The translations under genes were made by a program, and so were the position numbers. Below, one piece after another: positions 39,930-50,312 of a DNA stretch of 64,000 nucleotides. Numbering within the stretch: position 1 is the first letter of the stretch; every line of letters starts with the position of its first letter. The notes beneath the pieces were generated by a model. The model saw nothing but the letters and a program-made list of their open reading frames with translations, had not been told where the DNA came from and did no database searches. The DNA is from an uncultured delta proteobacterium (GTDB taxonomy: Bacteria; Desulfobacterota; Syntrophobacteria; Syntrophobacterales; Syntrophobacteraceae): contig CAWEHK010000029.1 in the NCBI GenBank assembly GCA_963808625.1, forward strand, positions 171,235 through 235,234. The letters are read 5' to 3'.

Positions 39930-41070
39930 TTATCCTTTACTCCTCACCGCCCTAAGCACTCCGTTTGCAAAATTCTCCACCATCTGCTCCAGCGTGTACT
40001 TCTTGGCATCTTCCATGGCCTGCCCAGCTACCTGACGCCTCAAGGCATCATCCGTGAACAGCTTGCCGGCGCAGGCAACGTATTCATCCAACCGGTTTGC
40101 CGTCATGAATCCATTTCGGCCATTTTCGAGATAAGCGATCTCAGGCGAATGGATTTTGCAGTCGGTAGTGAGCATGGGGATGCCGAGGGCGAGGCTGTCG
40201 ATGATATTGAGCCCGACCATCCCGGGGTTCAGCATCACCTTTCCCAGGCGGCAGTAAAGCGCTTTTTCGCGGTCGTGCCTCGCTCCCACCCAGTGCACCC
40301 AGGGCCTGTTCACGGCGAACTTCCGAACATCGCCTCGCAGGGCCCCATCGCCAACGATTACCAGTTCGAAGCCGGCATCCTGTTCCCGCATCTTTTCGGC
40401 AGCCTCAAAGAGGAACGGCAAGCGACGCTCCTTGCTGAGGCTCCCCAGAAAGACCGCCACGTGATCTCCCCTGATCTTCAGTCTGCTCCTCAGTGCCTCC
40501 AATTCGTCGTGCCGGATGCTTTCCTTCCAGGCTGCCAGTTCCGTCACATCAATGGTATTGTTGAGGCAGATCACTCGCTCCCGAGGAAACCCTCCGGCCG
40601 CAACACCGTCAACGGAAAGGGAAGTGTAGGCGAAATACCAATCCACCTGCCTTACCATCCATGACCTGAGCGCATTTTCTATACATTCCGCGAACGGTCT
40701 ACGCAAGCTTGGTCCATGGCCAAACAAGGCAAAATGGTGTCGGTCCGGGAAGCGTCTCTTGAGGCTCAAAAAAATGGGGAGAAAGCGGTTTTCATGAGGC
40801 ACAATGAGCAAATGTGCGCCGCGTGTGACCTCGACGGGGACATTGGCGAGATAGAGGTCCGAACGCCTGAACCAGCGCAGACTGAACCCCGGAAGCTGCT
40901 TTCCGTGGGGAAGATATCCTTCATCTTTTCGCTTTAAGTCCACCCCCGAGGATTTCCCGTAAAGCACCAGGAACTCCACATTCATCTCCGTGGAGCCGCT
41001 CCCGAAGAAGCTCGAAAAAACGGACCCGATATTTCGGCACGCGCCGTTGCAGCAGGAGCACCTTTTTCAT
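39930..41070 (-). CDS. glycosyltransferase family 4; frameshift near 40990
   Basis: MKKVLLLQRRVPKYRV start, then LNNTID, VGDG and PGMVGLNIIDSLALG. Confidence 0.85.
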
Positions 41071-41134
41071 CACTGCGAAACGCCCCTGTTCTTCCCTTGC
41101 ACCGTTCTTGTCGTTTTCACTTATCTATTCTTCC

Positions 41135-41245
41135 CCTTTACCCTTCACTTTTCACTTTTCACTTTTCCCCTCTCACTCTCATCTCATCAACTATCAACCA
41201 TCAACCCTCAACCATCAACCATCAACCATCAACCATCAACTTCAA
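41135..41245. repeat. CTTTTCA and CCATCAA heptamer arrays
   Basis: Tandem units downstream of the GT stop. Confidence 0.85.
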
Positions 41246-42446
41246 TACACCCGAATATGCCCCTCCCACAGGCGCACGGCGAGGCGCGACAGGACGCCGG
41301 CCGGCTCGCGGCGGGGCAGGGCCGCAGCCGCAAGGACTCCTTGATTGAACCGGTCGAGGCCCCATTCCGCAATGATCTCGCAGGAACGCTCTCCCATCGC
41401 TTGCAGTTGCTCTTGCGGGAGGCTCGACAGCCGCTCCATGAGGACGGTAAGGGCGTTGCCGTCGCCGGGGGCAAAGGTCCAGCCGTTTTGATCCGGTCGT
41501 ACCAGGGTTGCAGCGCACCCGCAGCCGCGGCTTACCAGGACCGGCAGACCGGATGCCATCCCCTCGTTCACGACCAACCCCCACGGATCGCTGTCGCTGG
41601 GAACAACAAGGCCCCCGGCAAGGGCATAGAAGACACACAGATCGGCCCCGAATCGAGGTCCGGCAAAATGGATTCCGGGGTATCCCAGGGTAGAGTTTCA
41701 GGGCCCGGGCCTCGTCCTTGCTCCCCCCGACGAGCACCAGTCCCCAGGCGCCCCTTCCAGCCTTTTCGGCGTAAGCCTGATAGGAGCTGACCAGCATTTC
41801 GAGGCCTTTGCGCGGCAAGAAGCGGCCGACGAAAAGGAAGTACTTTTCCGGCAGGTCATGGGCCTTTCGGACCTGTTCAGCCTGCGTGCGGGCTGCCGCG
41901 GCGTGTTCGGCAAAAAACGCATTGTCGACGGCATCCACCCCGAAAATGATCCGCTCCTCAGGAAACCCGAGTCTCACAAAATGCCCGGCATGCGACGGCG
42001 CCGGCACCAACACCGCATCGCATTCCTGGTGGATGAGCTTCTTCACGCCCTTGATAATGGCGCCTCTTCGGTCTGTGTGTTCCCAGGCATCGTCCATCAA
42101 GACCAGACGCTTGCCGCTGTCGATGCGATAGCGAATGGCCGCCATTCCTTCGGGAAAGGGAGTTGCCGGGGCAAAAACGAGATCCGGACCGAGTTTGGCC
42201 AGGAGCGAAGTAACCCGGCGATGAATTTCCCGCACCCGAAGGGAATGGTAGGTTATGCCAGGGAAAGCAACAGATGGCCTCGAAGGAGGAAGTGCGATCG
42301 GTTTCAGGGAAACCGTAGGAAACATCCTGGCTGGCGACTTCAATCGCGGTCAGGCGATGCCCGAGATCCGCCAGACACCGGTGAAGCCGCTGGATTCGTG
42401 CAACATGATAGGGAAGAAAGCGCTGCCAAATGATGGCGATGTGCAT
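41242..42446 (-). CDS. glycosyltransferase family 4; several frameshifts
   Basis: MHIAIIWQRFLPYH, VGRFLPRKG and VVNEGMASGLPV spread over three frames. Confidence 0.8.
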
Positions 42447-42713
42447 CGGTCTTTCAACGATTTCCGTGTTAGGCTGATTTCTGGAGCTCAAGGGCCTCCA
42501 CCCTTACAAAGAGGGCTTTCCAGAGACTGTCATACCCAATGGCACGAACCTGCCTTTCCCTCTTCGTTCCTTGACAGTATCCTGCAATAGTGTGACGATT
42601 TGAAACACTGGAGGGGTGATATGAAACCACAGAGAAACACCCGGACCGTGCGTCGCAGTGTGGCCCTGCCCGAGGAACTAGACCTGACCCCTGACTCCAC
42701 TTCCTTCTCCTCC

Positions 42714-42919
42714 TCAACGGTCCACAAAATCTGCTTTCTTGAGTCCGCTCTGCCTAAGTATCGGACTGGAAAGTGCCCATTGGGATCTCGGTTCTTGGGT
42801 GGGGCACGATGGCAACCCTGGGCCCTTTCCTAAATTTTTTGTGGCTGCCCTTCTGGGAGACAAGTGAGAACCCGGCGCTCATCAATATGCGGATAATGTG
42901 GTGGGAGGAATAAAGCTTA
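42714..42919 (-). pseudogene. hicA: HicA toxin, separated from its start codon by a MITE insertion
   Basis: KLYSS...GFSLVSQKGSHKKF...IVPHPRTEIPMGTF. Confidence 0.8.
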
Positions 42920-43069
42920 GTACAGCACCGCACAATAAAGTGACCATATCCCAGGGGCGTCATTCCGGCAGGTTTTTAGCCGGAATCCACAAGCGTTTAC
43001 TGGATACCGGCTAAAAGCATGCCGGTATGACGAAGGGGAATTCGGACACTCATTTGTGCGGTGCTGTAC
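42920..43069. mobile_element. MITE-like element, copy F, with TTA target duplication
   Basis: GTACAGCACCGCACAA terminal inverted repeats, flanked by TTA on both sides. Confidence 0.88.
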
Positions 43070-43282
43070 TTAGGCATTTACGACGGCTTCGCCGAGGAGA
43101 GTGTCGCCAATGACGCGATAATGTTCCTTCTCAGAGGGTTCCTCGAAATAGAGCTCCAAGGCTTCTTTCAGGTTGACAACGGCATCTTCAATGCTCTCTC
43201 CAAAGCTCGAAACATCGACGTTGAGGCATTGGGAAACATAGTACTTCCCTTCCTTGTAGATAACGTACTTAACTGATCTCAT
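43070..43282 (-). CDS. hicB: HicB family antitoxin
   Basis: YVSQCLNVDVSSFGESIEDAVVNLKEALELYFE. Confidence 0.85.
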   Translation of the reverse strand: MRSVKYVIYKEGKYYVSQCLNVDVSSFGESIEDAVVNLKEALELYFEEPSEKEHYRVIGDTLLGEAVVNA

Positions 43283-43371
43283 AAGCAGACTTATACCTCC
43301 CCACTTCCTATGTTCACTGGCCTCCATCTGAAGATAGGCGCCTATGCCCTTCACCTTTCACTCTTCACTCT

Positions 43372-44246
43372 TCACCCTTCTATGGCTTGAGCAATGGCGG
43401 TCTTGAATTCATCCAGGGATTGAACGATGGCGCTCTTCCGGCGCAGGGCCTTGAGTACGGCAAGTTGTTCGATGGTATTGACAATTTTAGCAACACCAGT
43501 AGGAACAACGCCAAAGCGCACTTCGAGGTTATCGAAAATGGACTCTCTGGCATCCTGTAAAAATCCCTGCTGCAAGCCTTCCTGCAATCCCTGCTGCAAG
43601 CCTTCTTGTTTTATCAGATCATAAGCGGCTGATTCGATCATAAGGTCCCTCCTTCTGGAAACGAGCAATTGAGACAGCTCGGTTGAGACCATCCCGGAAA
43701 ATATCGTCATCACAGTCAGCATATCGGATTTATCTGATCGCGGCAACGGACTCTGGTAAAGAAGCTGATCCGCTATGGCGGTCAACTCTTGCCCGTTTTT
43801 CATGAGCGGTACAAAGGGCAGCAGGCAAATGACCTGCTGGTCGATAATTTCCCGAGCATCCAGATCATACACCCGTACTACCCGGTAACAGTACTTCACT
43901 TCTTTATCGACGTAGCGTTCGGCTACGGCAGGGGAGGGCCGCAGCAGCAGAATGCAGGAGATGACTTCCACATCGTGTCTGAGGAGATGCCGGGTGCGGT
44001 AGTCGAGCAGGCGCAAAGGAAGATGCCGCTCCCAACTGCTCTGAATCTCGATCAGAACCAGCAATCGGCAGCCATCTTGATGCGGTCACCAGGATAGGAA
44101 AGTCGCTACGCTTGACACTGACAGTCTCCTGGGGCAGTTCCTCCAGGATCGTGCTCTCATGCACCGGATCCGATCCCGAGAAAGCGCTGCAGAATTTCCC
44201 CGCGGCACTTCTCCATGAGCACTTTAGACGCAATGTCATAATGCAC
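43372..44246 (-). CDS. Rpn/YhgA-like PD-(D/E)XK nuclease or putative transposase; frameshifts in the 5' part
   Basis: GTG start HYDIASKVL, RSDF...IEIQS, LLPFVPLM, EGLQQG repeats, LEVRFG. Confidence 0.7.
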
Positions 44247-44249
44247 GAC

Positions 44250-45044
44250 TCAGATTTACCCTCCTCACAACATCGCTCTTCAACGGTTCGCCGCTCTTCT
44301 CGCTCGCTACAACAATCTCTTACCCTCCACCCTTCGCGCTTCCTGCAAAGTGAAGAAACGTATGCTTGTCTGTTATACTCAGACGATAAGTGGCAGATTC
44401 CGTGTGATGAAGCCGAGTCTTCCTTAAGCACAGCCGATTGGCCCTCGACATCGACTAAAATGATCGTGGGGTGAGAGGAATCGGCCAACTCATTGTCAAG
44501 CGTTGTTGCCGGTACCAAAGCGCCGCCGTCATCGGCATGAACCTTGGCTCCCATGGGACGCAGTGGGGGCTCTCCTGTCGATGGTAAACAGTATCGGCGC
44601 CGCAGTGTCACTACACGCCTTGTTAACCACTTTGATCCTGTCATGATCGCCGTTCTCGCGTGCAGACCGCCGAATGGCTTCTGCGGCCTCGGGAATGGGC
44701 TCAATTGCAACGATTCTGACGACCCCGGGACAGGCGGCAGCGACATTGACAAACTCACCAACATTTGCGCCTACATCGACAAATTGCATCTTCAGCGAGC
44801 GTGGCGCCGTAGCGAAAACGGTTTTTAAAAACAGCTTCGTCTCCGGTTCGTTGGACACCCCGATGACCAGTAGTCCATAGGCGCGCCCAATCCGATGATC
44901 GAAGAAAAGACTCCACCCTTCCAGCGCCAGCAGCCTGTCCTTCTTGAGGAGCGACAGAGCAAACCCCAAGCCCTTGAGATTGCTCCCGAATCTGCGCTTC
45001 ATAAAGACATAGAGATGGCAGTAGACCTTCACCAGCCAGATCAT
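44250..45044 (-). CDS. FkbM family methyltransferase; frameshifted, 3' end approximate
   Basis: FVDVGANVGE and AIEP, then TTLD...VDVEG in the next frame. Confidence 0.72.
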
Positions 45045-45129
45045 CTCAAGTCCATATCCACATTAGGGTTACGCGCGTATTGCAAATGCCGGCTACCGTG
45101 CCTTTGGGCGACGAATGTCAATGCACCGA

Positions 45130-45271
45130 GTACAGCTCCAGAATAAAGTGTCCGAAATACTGCACGTCATACTCAAATGCTTTTGACGGGAATCCGTAAG
45201 AAAAGCCTGGATGCCCGCCTTCGCGGGCACTGACGGTTGGATATTGGACACCCGTCTATGTGAATCTGCAC
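45130..45271. mobile_element. MITE-like element, degenerate copy G
   Basis: GTACAGCTCCAGAATAAAGTGTCC...GGACACCCGTCTATGTG. Confidence 0.65.
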
Positions 45272-45396
45272 TCAGTCGCCACTTACGTTGTCATAGTATC
45301 GATTGAGGACCAAATCAGTTCTTCCACCCTCCGACCTCCTTACAAGGGGAGAGCATTGAAGGCTCCAGCCTCCAGCGCAAGCTTTGCCTCACCCGT

Positions 45397-45768
45397 TCAG
45401 CCGCTTCTGGACAAGAAAAACAGACCCAGGCAGATGATCGCTATGCCCAATACTCTATTGAAGGAGAGGTTCTCCCCGAGAAACAAATAACCCAGGCATG
45501 CCACCAGGACATACCCGACGCTCAGAAAGGGATAGGCAAAGCTTACCTCAACCCGCGACAGCACTGCAAGCCAGAGGGCGATGCTGAGCACGTAGCAGAG
45601 CATGCCCAGGGCAATAAAGGGATTGAAGACCACTCTGGGCAATACGCTCACGATATTGCCGGCGGAAAACTGGAACTGGCCGACCACCGTCATGCCTTTC
45701 TTGAGGCACAACTGGGCGATGGCGTTGAGCGAGACGCTGGTGAGAATAAGCGGAACATGCAGAACCAT
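45397..45768 (-). CDS. small EamA/ArnE-ArnF-like flippase subunit
   Basis: AQLCLKKG, LWLAVLSRVEVSFAYPF, four TMs. Confidence 0.85.
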   Translation of the reverse strand: MVLHVPLILTSVSLNAIAQLCLKKGMTVVGQFQFSAGNIVSVLPRVVFNPFIALGMLCYVLSIALWLAVLSRVEVSFAYPFLSVGYVLVACLGYLFLGENLSFNRVLGIAIICLGLFFLSRSG

Positions 45769-45795
45769 CGTAGAATCCTGACAGCTGCTCGGCAG

Positions 45796-46722
45796 CTAAC
45801 AATATTGGTTGATGACGGTATCGATGGCGTCTTCGATCCGGTGGGACGGTGCAAAGCCAAGATCATTGCGAATCCTGGCCGTGTCCGCCACCGAGTAGCG
45901 CAGCTCTTCGGCCCTTTCCGGCCCATAGACCGGCTTGACCTGGGGATTGATTTTCCGGCACAGCAGGGCCGCGATGCGGTTTACCGACGTTCCAACCCCG
46001 GTCCCGACGTTGTAGATGCCGTCATGCACCTCGGTGCGCAGGGCTAGCAGATTGGCCTGCACCAGGTCCTTGACATAGATAAAATCGCGGACCTGCTCGC
46101 CGTCGCCGAAAATGATCGGCGGCTCACCCTTCAGCAGCCGATTGACGAAGATGGTGATGACCCCGACGTATGGTGTGAACGATTGGTTCTCCCCGTAGGT
46201 GTTGAAGTATCTGAGGGCAATGGTATCCATGCCGTTGGCTTTGCCGAGCAGCGACAGATAGCGCTCGGAAGCGAGCTTGGCGATGCCGTAAGGGGAGGTT
46301 GGCGCGGTTTGAAACGCCTCCGAGGCGGCAATTCCTCCCGGACTGTCGGCGTAAACCGCCATCGACGAAGCGAACACCATCTTTTTTACCCCGGCATGGA
46401 TGGCTGCCCGCATCACGTTGAGGGTCCCCATGATATTGGTTTCGGCATCGGCATAAAAATTCGCCACCGATTCCCGGATGGAGACGATGGCGGCCTCATG
46501 AAAGATTACGTCCACGCCGTCGGAAACGATCGCATCCACCAGGTCATGATCAAGCACGTCGCCGACCACCAGCCGCGCGCCGGCTGGAATGTTCTCGGCC
46601 CGACCCATGGAAAGGTTGTCCAGGGCAACGACCTCGATGCCTTCCTCCAGCAACCCGGCGCAAAGATGGGAGCCGATGAAGCCGGCCCCTCCCGTCACCA
46701 GGGCTTTTCGATATCGTTTCAT
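45796..46722 (-). CDS. NAD-dependent sugar epimerase/dehydratase (GalE-like)
   Basis: GGAGFIGS, YGIAK, LRYFN and RDFIYV motifs. Confidence 0.93.
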   Translation of the reverse strand: MKRYRKALVTGGAGFIGSHLCAGLLEEGIEVVALDNLSMGRAENIPAGARLVVGDVLDHDLVDAIVSDGVDVIFHEAAIVSIRESVANFYADAETNIMGTLNVMRAAIHAGVKKMVFASSMAVYADSPGGIAASEAFQTAPTSPYGIAKLASERYLSLLGKANGMDTIALRYFNTYGENQSFTPYVGVITIFVNRLLKGEPPIIFGDGEQVRDFIYVKDLVQANLLALRTEVHDGIYNVGTGVGTSVNRIAALLCRKINPQVKPVYGPERAEELRYSVADTARIRNDLGFAPSHRIEDAIDTVINQYC

Positions 46723-46732
46723 GCTCGCTCTT

Positions 46733-47668
46733 TCATCCCTGACAGGGAATGATGCGATCCGCGGTCAGGATGGTATTCACGTAACTCTTGCCCGGCTCAA
46801 CCACAACCCCGTCAAACACCACGCAGTTTTCGAGGGAAGCCCCCGCACCAATCTGTGCGTCGTGGCCGATCACGCAGTTGCGCACCACGGCCGTCCCATT
46901 CATAGCGACATTATCCCCGACGATGCGGTCGCACTGCTGCCGTTGGATCTCATAGAGATTCAATTCCAGGAGATCATGGGGATAGGTCAAGTTCATGTCC
47001 TCAGCGATGACGTTCATGCTCTTCACCTTGGCCCCGTCGTCGATGAGGATCTGGATGGCGTCGGTGATCTCGTATTCGTCCCTCATGGCGGTCCTTGGCG
47101 TCCGGCGGATGGCGTCGAAAACCTGCGGGCTGAACAGGTAAATGCCGCAGCCCTTGAGATTGTTCTGGGGATACTGCGGCTTTTCGATGACGCGGCGCAC
47201 AAACCCGTCCCCATCCAGAATGACGGCAAAATTCCGCTTGATCTTCTCCACATCGTTTTCCAATTTGGTGGCCAGCACCCCCTGGAGCCCCTCCTGCACC
47301 ATCGTTTCGACCATGCTGCCAAGGGCATCCGTGACGAAATAGATATCGCCCAGGAAAAGCATGAACGGCGACGAAATGGAGCCCTCGAGTGTGCCCACCG
47401 CATGAGCGATCCCGAGGGTCGTTTTCTGTTCGACGTATTGGATGTCCACTCCGAATTCGCTCCCCCGGCCGATTTTTCTTACAATTTCATACCCGAGATG
47501 GCCGATCACCACGATCACTTTCCTGATGCCGATGGCGGCCATGAGCTCGATCTGGTACTGCATCAGGGGCTTGTTGGCAATAGGAAGGAGGGGCTTGGGA
47601 TAGCTTTCGCTGAAGGGGAAAATGCGCGTCCCTTTTCCCGCCGCAAGAATAACACCAACCAAATCCAT
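46733..47668 (-). CDS. sugar-1-phosphate nucleotidyltransferase (RmlA-like)
   Basis: LAAGKGTR, PKPLLP, LGD, EKP and EITDA motifs. Confidence 0.9.
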   Translation of the reverse strand: MDLVGVILAAGKGTRIFPFSESYPKPLLPIANKPLMQYQIELMAAIGIRKVIVVIGHLGYEIVRKIGRGSEFGVDIQYVEQKTTLGIAHAVGTLEGSISSPFMLFLGDIYFVTDALGSMVETMVQEGLQGVLATKLENDVEKIKRNFAVILDGDGFVRRVIEKPQYPQNNLKGCGIYLFSPQVFDAIRRTPRTAMRDEYEITDAIQILIDDGAKVKSMNVIAEDMNLTYPHDLLELNLYEIQRQQCDRIVGDNVAMNGTAVVRNCVIGHDAQIGAGASLENCVVFDGVVVEPGKSYVNTILTADRIIPCQG

Positions 47669-47676
47669 GCGATCTC

Positions 47677-48423
47677 CTATAGTGAGTGAATTACCTTGGT
47701 TCTATACAGATAAATTTTGAACTTCAAATAGACGAGAAACTTGAGAAAATTGATGCTGGTCTGAAACGGTTTCAGCTTGGAGAGTCCGCCCACCCGTTCG
47801 AGGTGCGTCACCCGGCCTTCGCCAATCCTTGCGCCGAGCCTGTTGAGTTTGATCAAGGTTTCGGTGGGGGCCGGATATCCGCGAGCTTCGATGTTCACCT
47901 GGCGGAGAAAGTCGCCCTTGACCACCTTGAGCGCGCAGTTCGTGTCCCGATACTTGATGCCGAACAGGGCACGGACGATGACATTAAGAGCGCGATCGGC
48001 AAAGACGCGAAAGAGGGTGTCCTGCTTCTTGCCCCGGTAGCCGGTCACCCCGTCCAGGTCTTCGGCGAGCGCCTGCGTCAGCAGCGGGATGCTGTCTTTC
48101 AAATCAAACTGGCCGTCGGAGTCGATTGTGACCACCCACTGTCCGCAGGAATTTCTTATCGCCGAAGACAAAGCCCTGCCGTAGCCCCCGTTTTGTTTGT
48201 GCGCCACAACCCTGAGTCTTGGTATCTTTTCTTGGAGGCCCTGTAAAATACCAGCAGTCTTATCGGTCGACCCGTCATTGGTGATCACGATCTCGCCGTC
48301 GATCTCGGCCGATTTAAATACCTCATCCCAATAAGTCAGGACCCTTTCGATGTTGTCTTCCTCGTTGAACACGGGTGCGGTAACTGACAGAAGAGGTTGG
48401 TTGCGATCATTGCCCAGGGCCAT
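47677..48423 (-). CDS. GT2 polyprenol-phosphate glycosyltransferase
   Basis: PVFNEE, NDGSTD, GYGRAL, IDSDGQF and DTNCA motifs. Confidence 0.9.
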   Translation of the reverse strand: MALGNDRNQPLLSVTAPVFNEEDNIERVLTYWDEVFKSAEIDGEIVITNDGSTDKTAGILQGLQEKIPRLRVVAHKQNGGYGRALSSAIRNSCGQWVVTIDSDGQFDLKDSIPLLTQALAEDLDGVTGYRGKKQDTLFRVFADRALNVIVRALFGIKYRDTNCALKVVKGDFLRQVNIEARGYPAPTETLIKLNRLGARIGEGRVTHLERVGGLSKLKPFQTSINFLKFLVYLKFKIYLYRTKVIHSL

Positions 48424-48458
48424 TCACTTGAGTCCTTTGCTGGCAGCTAAAGAAGCGT

Positions 48459-48671
48459 TCACGCGGCAAGAAGCTTATTCTTCATTTGGTCGAGCACATC
48501 CTTAAACACTGCTGATGCCTTGAAGACTTCCAAGCCTATCACCCTTCCAAATCGGTCAAGCTCCATGTTTACACCGGGCGCAATCTCAACGAACTCCTCT
48601 TCCTCGCCCTTCTTTGCAAGGCAGAGAATATCTTCTTCCTCATCATAGAATATCTTGAAAGCCTCATTCAT
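48459..48671 (-). CDS. DUF2283 family protein
   Basis: YDEEEDIL...GRVIGLEV. Confidence 0.75.
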   Translation of the reverse strand: MNEAFKIFYDEEEDILCLAKKGEEEEFVEIAPGVNMELDRFGRVIGLEVFKASAVFKDVLDQMKNKLLAA

Positions 48672-50202
48672 GTTGCCCTCCACCTGGCTGAGTTATGGGA
48701 GTGAACACATAAAGCACCAGGTTGCGCCCGAACCTCAGTTCCCGCGTCTCCCGCAGCGCTCTCAGGGTCTTGATGGTTTCCATATTCGGGTCAACCATCA
48801 GACGCTGCTCTTCGTGGTTGACCAGATAGATCCTCCCCTTTGTTGTCGCGTTCAGGGCCTTGGCAAAGTCACTCGCCGTTTCTCCCTCGGGTTTGTCAGT
48901 CAGGACCGACATCCGGCTTGCCTTGAGCTTGTCGGAGGTGAGCTTGCCGAGGCTTAAATATTCCTCGGTGCCGGAATAAAATAAAATCACGTCCGATGCC
49001 TCTGCTTCTGTGGATAGCACGCCATTCAACCCGGTCCAATCCATCCTTCTGCTGTAGTCATTGGGGAGAAAAATGAAATGGAAAAGAGAAACCAGGACAA
49101 CACAAGCATAGCTGCCAATAACCAAATACCCGAATTTCGACTTGGCTAGGGAGCCAAAAGAGACCAGCATCAAAAAAAAGTACGGCGCCCAGATAGCCGC
49201 GAGATGCTTTTCCCGCAAAAGCGTCCGCCCCGAAAGGCCAGCCAGAATTCCTATGGCTAGTGGTAGTGTGAAGCTAACCGCAAAAAACCAAAAATATCTG
49301 ATTCTCCCGGTCGTCGCTCGGACCATGCCAAAAGCGAGGCCTATCAGAGCGATAGCAGTTAGGTTCACCATCAGAAGATTGTCCCTGAGTACTGCTATTG
49401 AGAAATTTCTGCCTGGATCCAAAGGGGGTAGGTTAAACGTACTAAACCCGAAATTCAGTGAAACCATCAGGCGAGCGAAAAAGTTAAATGGGCTGAAATA
49501 AGTTGTTGCCCAATCATCCTGAACATAGCCGGCATATTGCTCCTTTGGTATATTAACCAGCCAAATGAAGACCGGCAGCAGCACTGCAAAAACAATCAGT
49601 AAGGCACCAATAGAATATGGACTTAGACGCCTTTTAGTTGCGATATAATAAAGAGCTGCACTCACAAGCTGAAGTGAAAAGAAATAGTGTGTCAAAGCTC
49701 CGCCTAAGGCTACTATCGATAAAAAAACCATATTACTGATATTTTCTTCTTCCATAAAGTTTATAAAAAACCATGCCAGTGTTAAAGATAGGAATATGAT
49801 CATGGCGTATGATCTTCCTTCCGCAGCAAACTCTAGCAAAAAGGGCGATGAAGCCACTAGCATAGCTGAAGGCAGGAAGTAATTTACCCCCAGAATCCTC
49901 CTGGCAAGCCAAGGTGTCATGATGACAACTCCAATCGCCGAGATTATGCTGGGAAGTCTTATTGACCAGGGTTGATGCACTGTAAGATAGGATGCCTTCG
50001 CAAGAACAAAATAGAGGGGCGGGTGGATAATCGAATCCCGTCTAAGTACCGCCCAAAAATTGACATCTGTAATCAGTTTGTAGGTATGTCCTAGTTCATC
50101 GCTGTAGAGATCATCGGTAATATGATAGGCATACAATAATAATGATGTCAGTACCAGTATCCAATATGAAAAAAAGCTGTTATGGTTCCTAAAATCTATC
50201 AT
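48664..50202 (-). CDS. GT-C (ArnT/PMT-like) membrane glycosyltransferase
   Basis: LYSDE, HPPLYF, RLPS, EGRSYA and THYF motifs; many TMs. Confidence 0.85.
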   Translation of the reverse strand: MIDFRNHNSFFSYWILVLTSLLLYAYHITDDLYSDELGHTYKLITDVNFWAVLRRDSIIHPPLYFVLAKASYLTVHQPWSIRLPSIISAIGVVIMTPWLARRILGVNYFLPSAMLVASSPFLLEFAAEGRSYAMIIFLSLTLAWFFINFMEEENISNMVFLSIVALGGALTHYFFSLQLVSAALYYIATKRRLSPYSIGALLIVFAVLLPVFIWLVNIPKEQYAGYVQDDWATTYFSPFNFFARLMVSLNFGFSTFNLPPLDPGRNFSIAVLRDNLLMVNLTAIALIGLAFGMVRATTGRIRYFWFFAVSFTLPLAIGILAGLSGRTLLREKHLAAIWAPYFFLMLVSFGSLAKSKFGYLVIGSYACVVLVSLFHFIFLPNDYSRRMDWTGLNGVLSTEAEASDVILFYSGTEEYLSLGKLTSDKLKASRMSVLTDKPEGETASDFAKALNATTKGRIYLVNHEEQRLMVDPNMETIKTLRALRETRELRFGRNLVLYVFTPITQPGGGQHE

Positions 50203-50312
50203 AAGCTAGCTTAAAACAATTCTTTTATGATGCCATATAAACAAAGTGTAATGCTTAATTGAAACAGTAAATAAGACACAATATAAATTTAGATGACTGC
50301 ACAGAATAAGTA

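Noticed and set aside
38660..40331. Direct repeat as a DGR template/variable pair
   Set aside because: Mismatches are not confined to adenines and no reverse transcriptase is present.
42540..42555. TGGCACGAACCTGC as a sigma-54 promoter
   Set aside because: GG-to-GC spacing is 9 rather than 10.
13765..45271. MITE copies or heptamer arrays as a CRISPR array
   Set aside because: They are dispersed, or tandem without unique spacers, and no cas genes are present.
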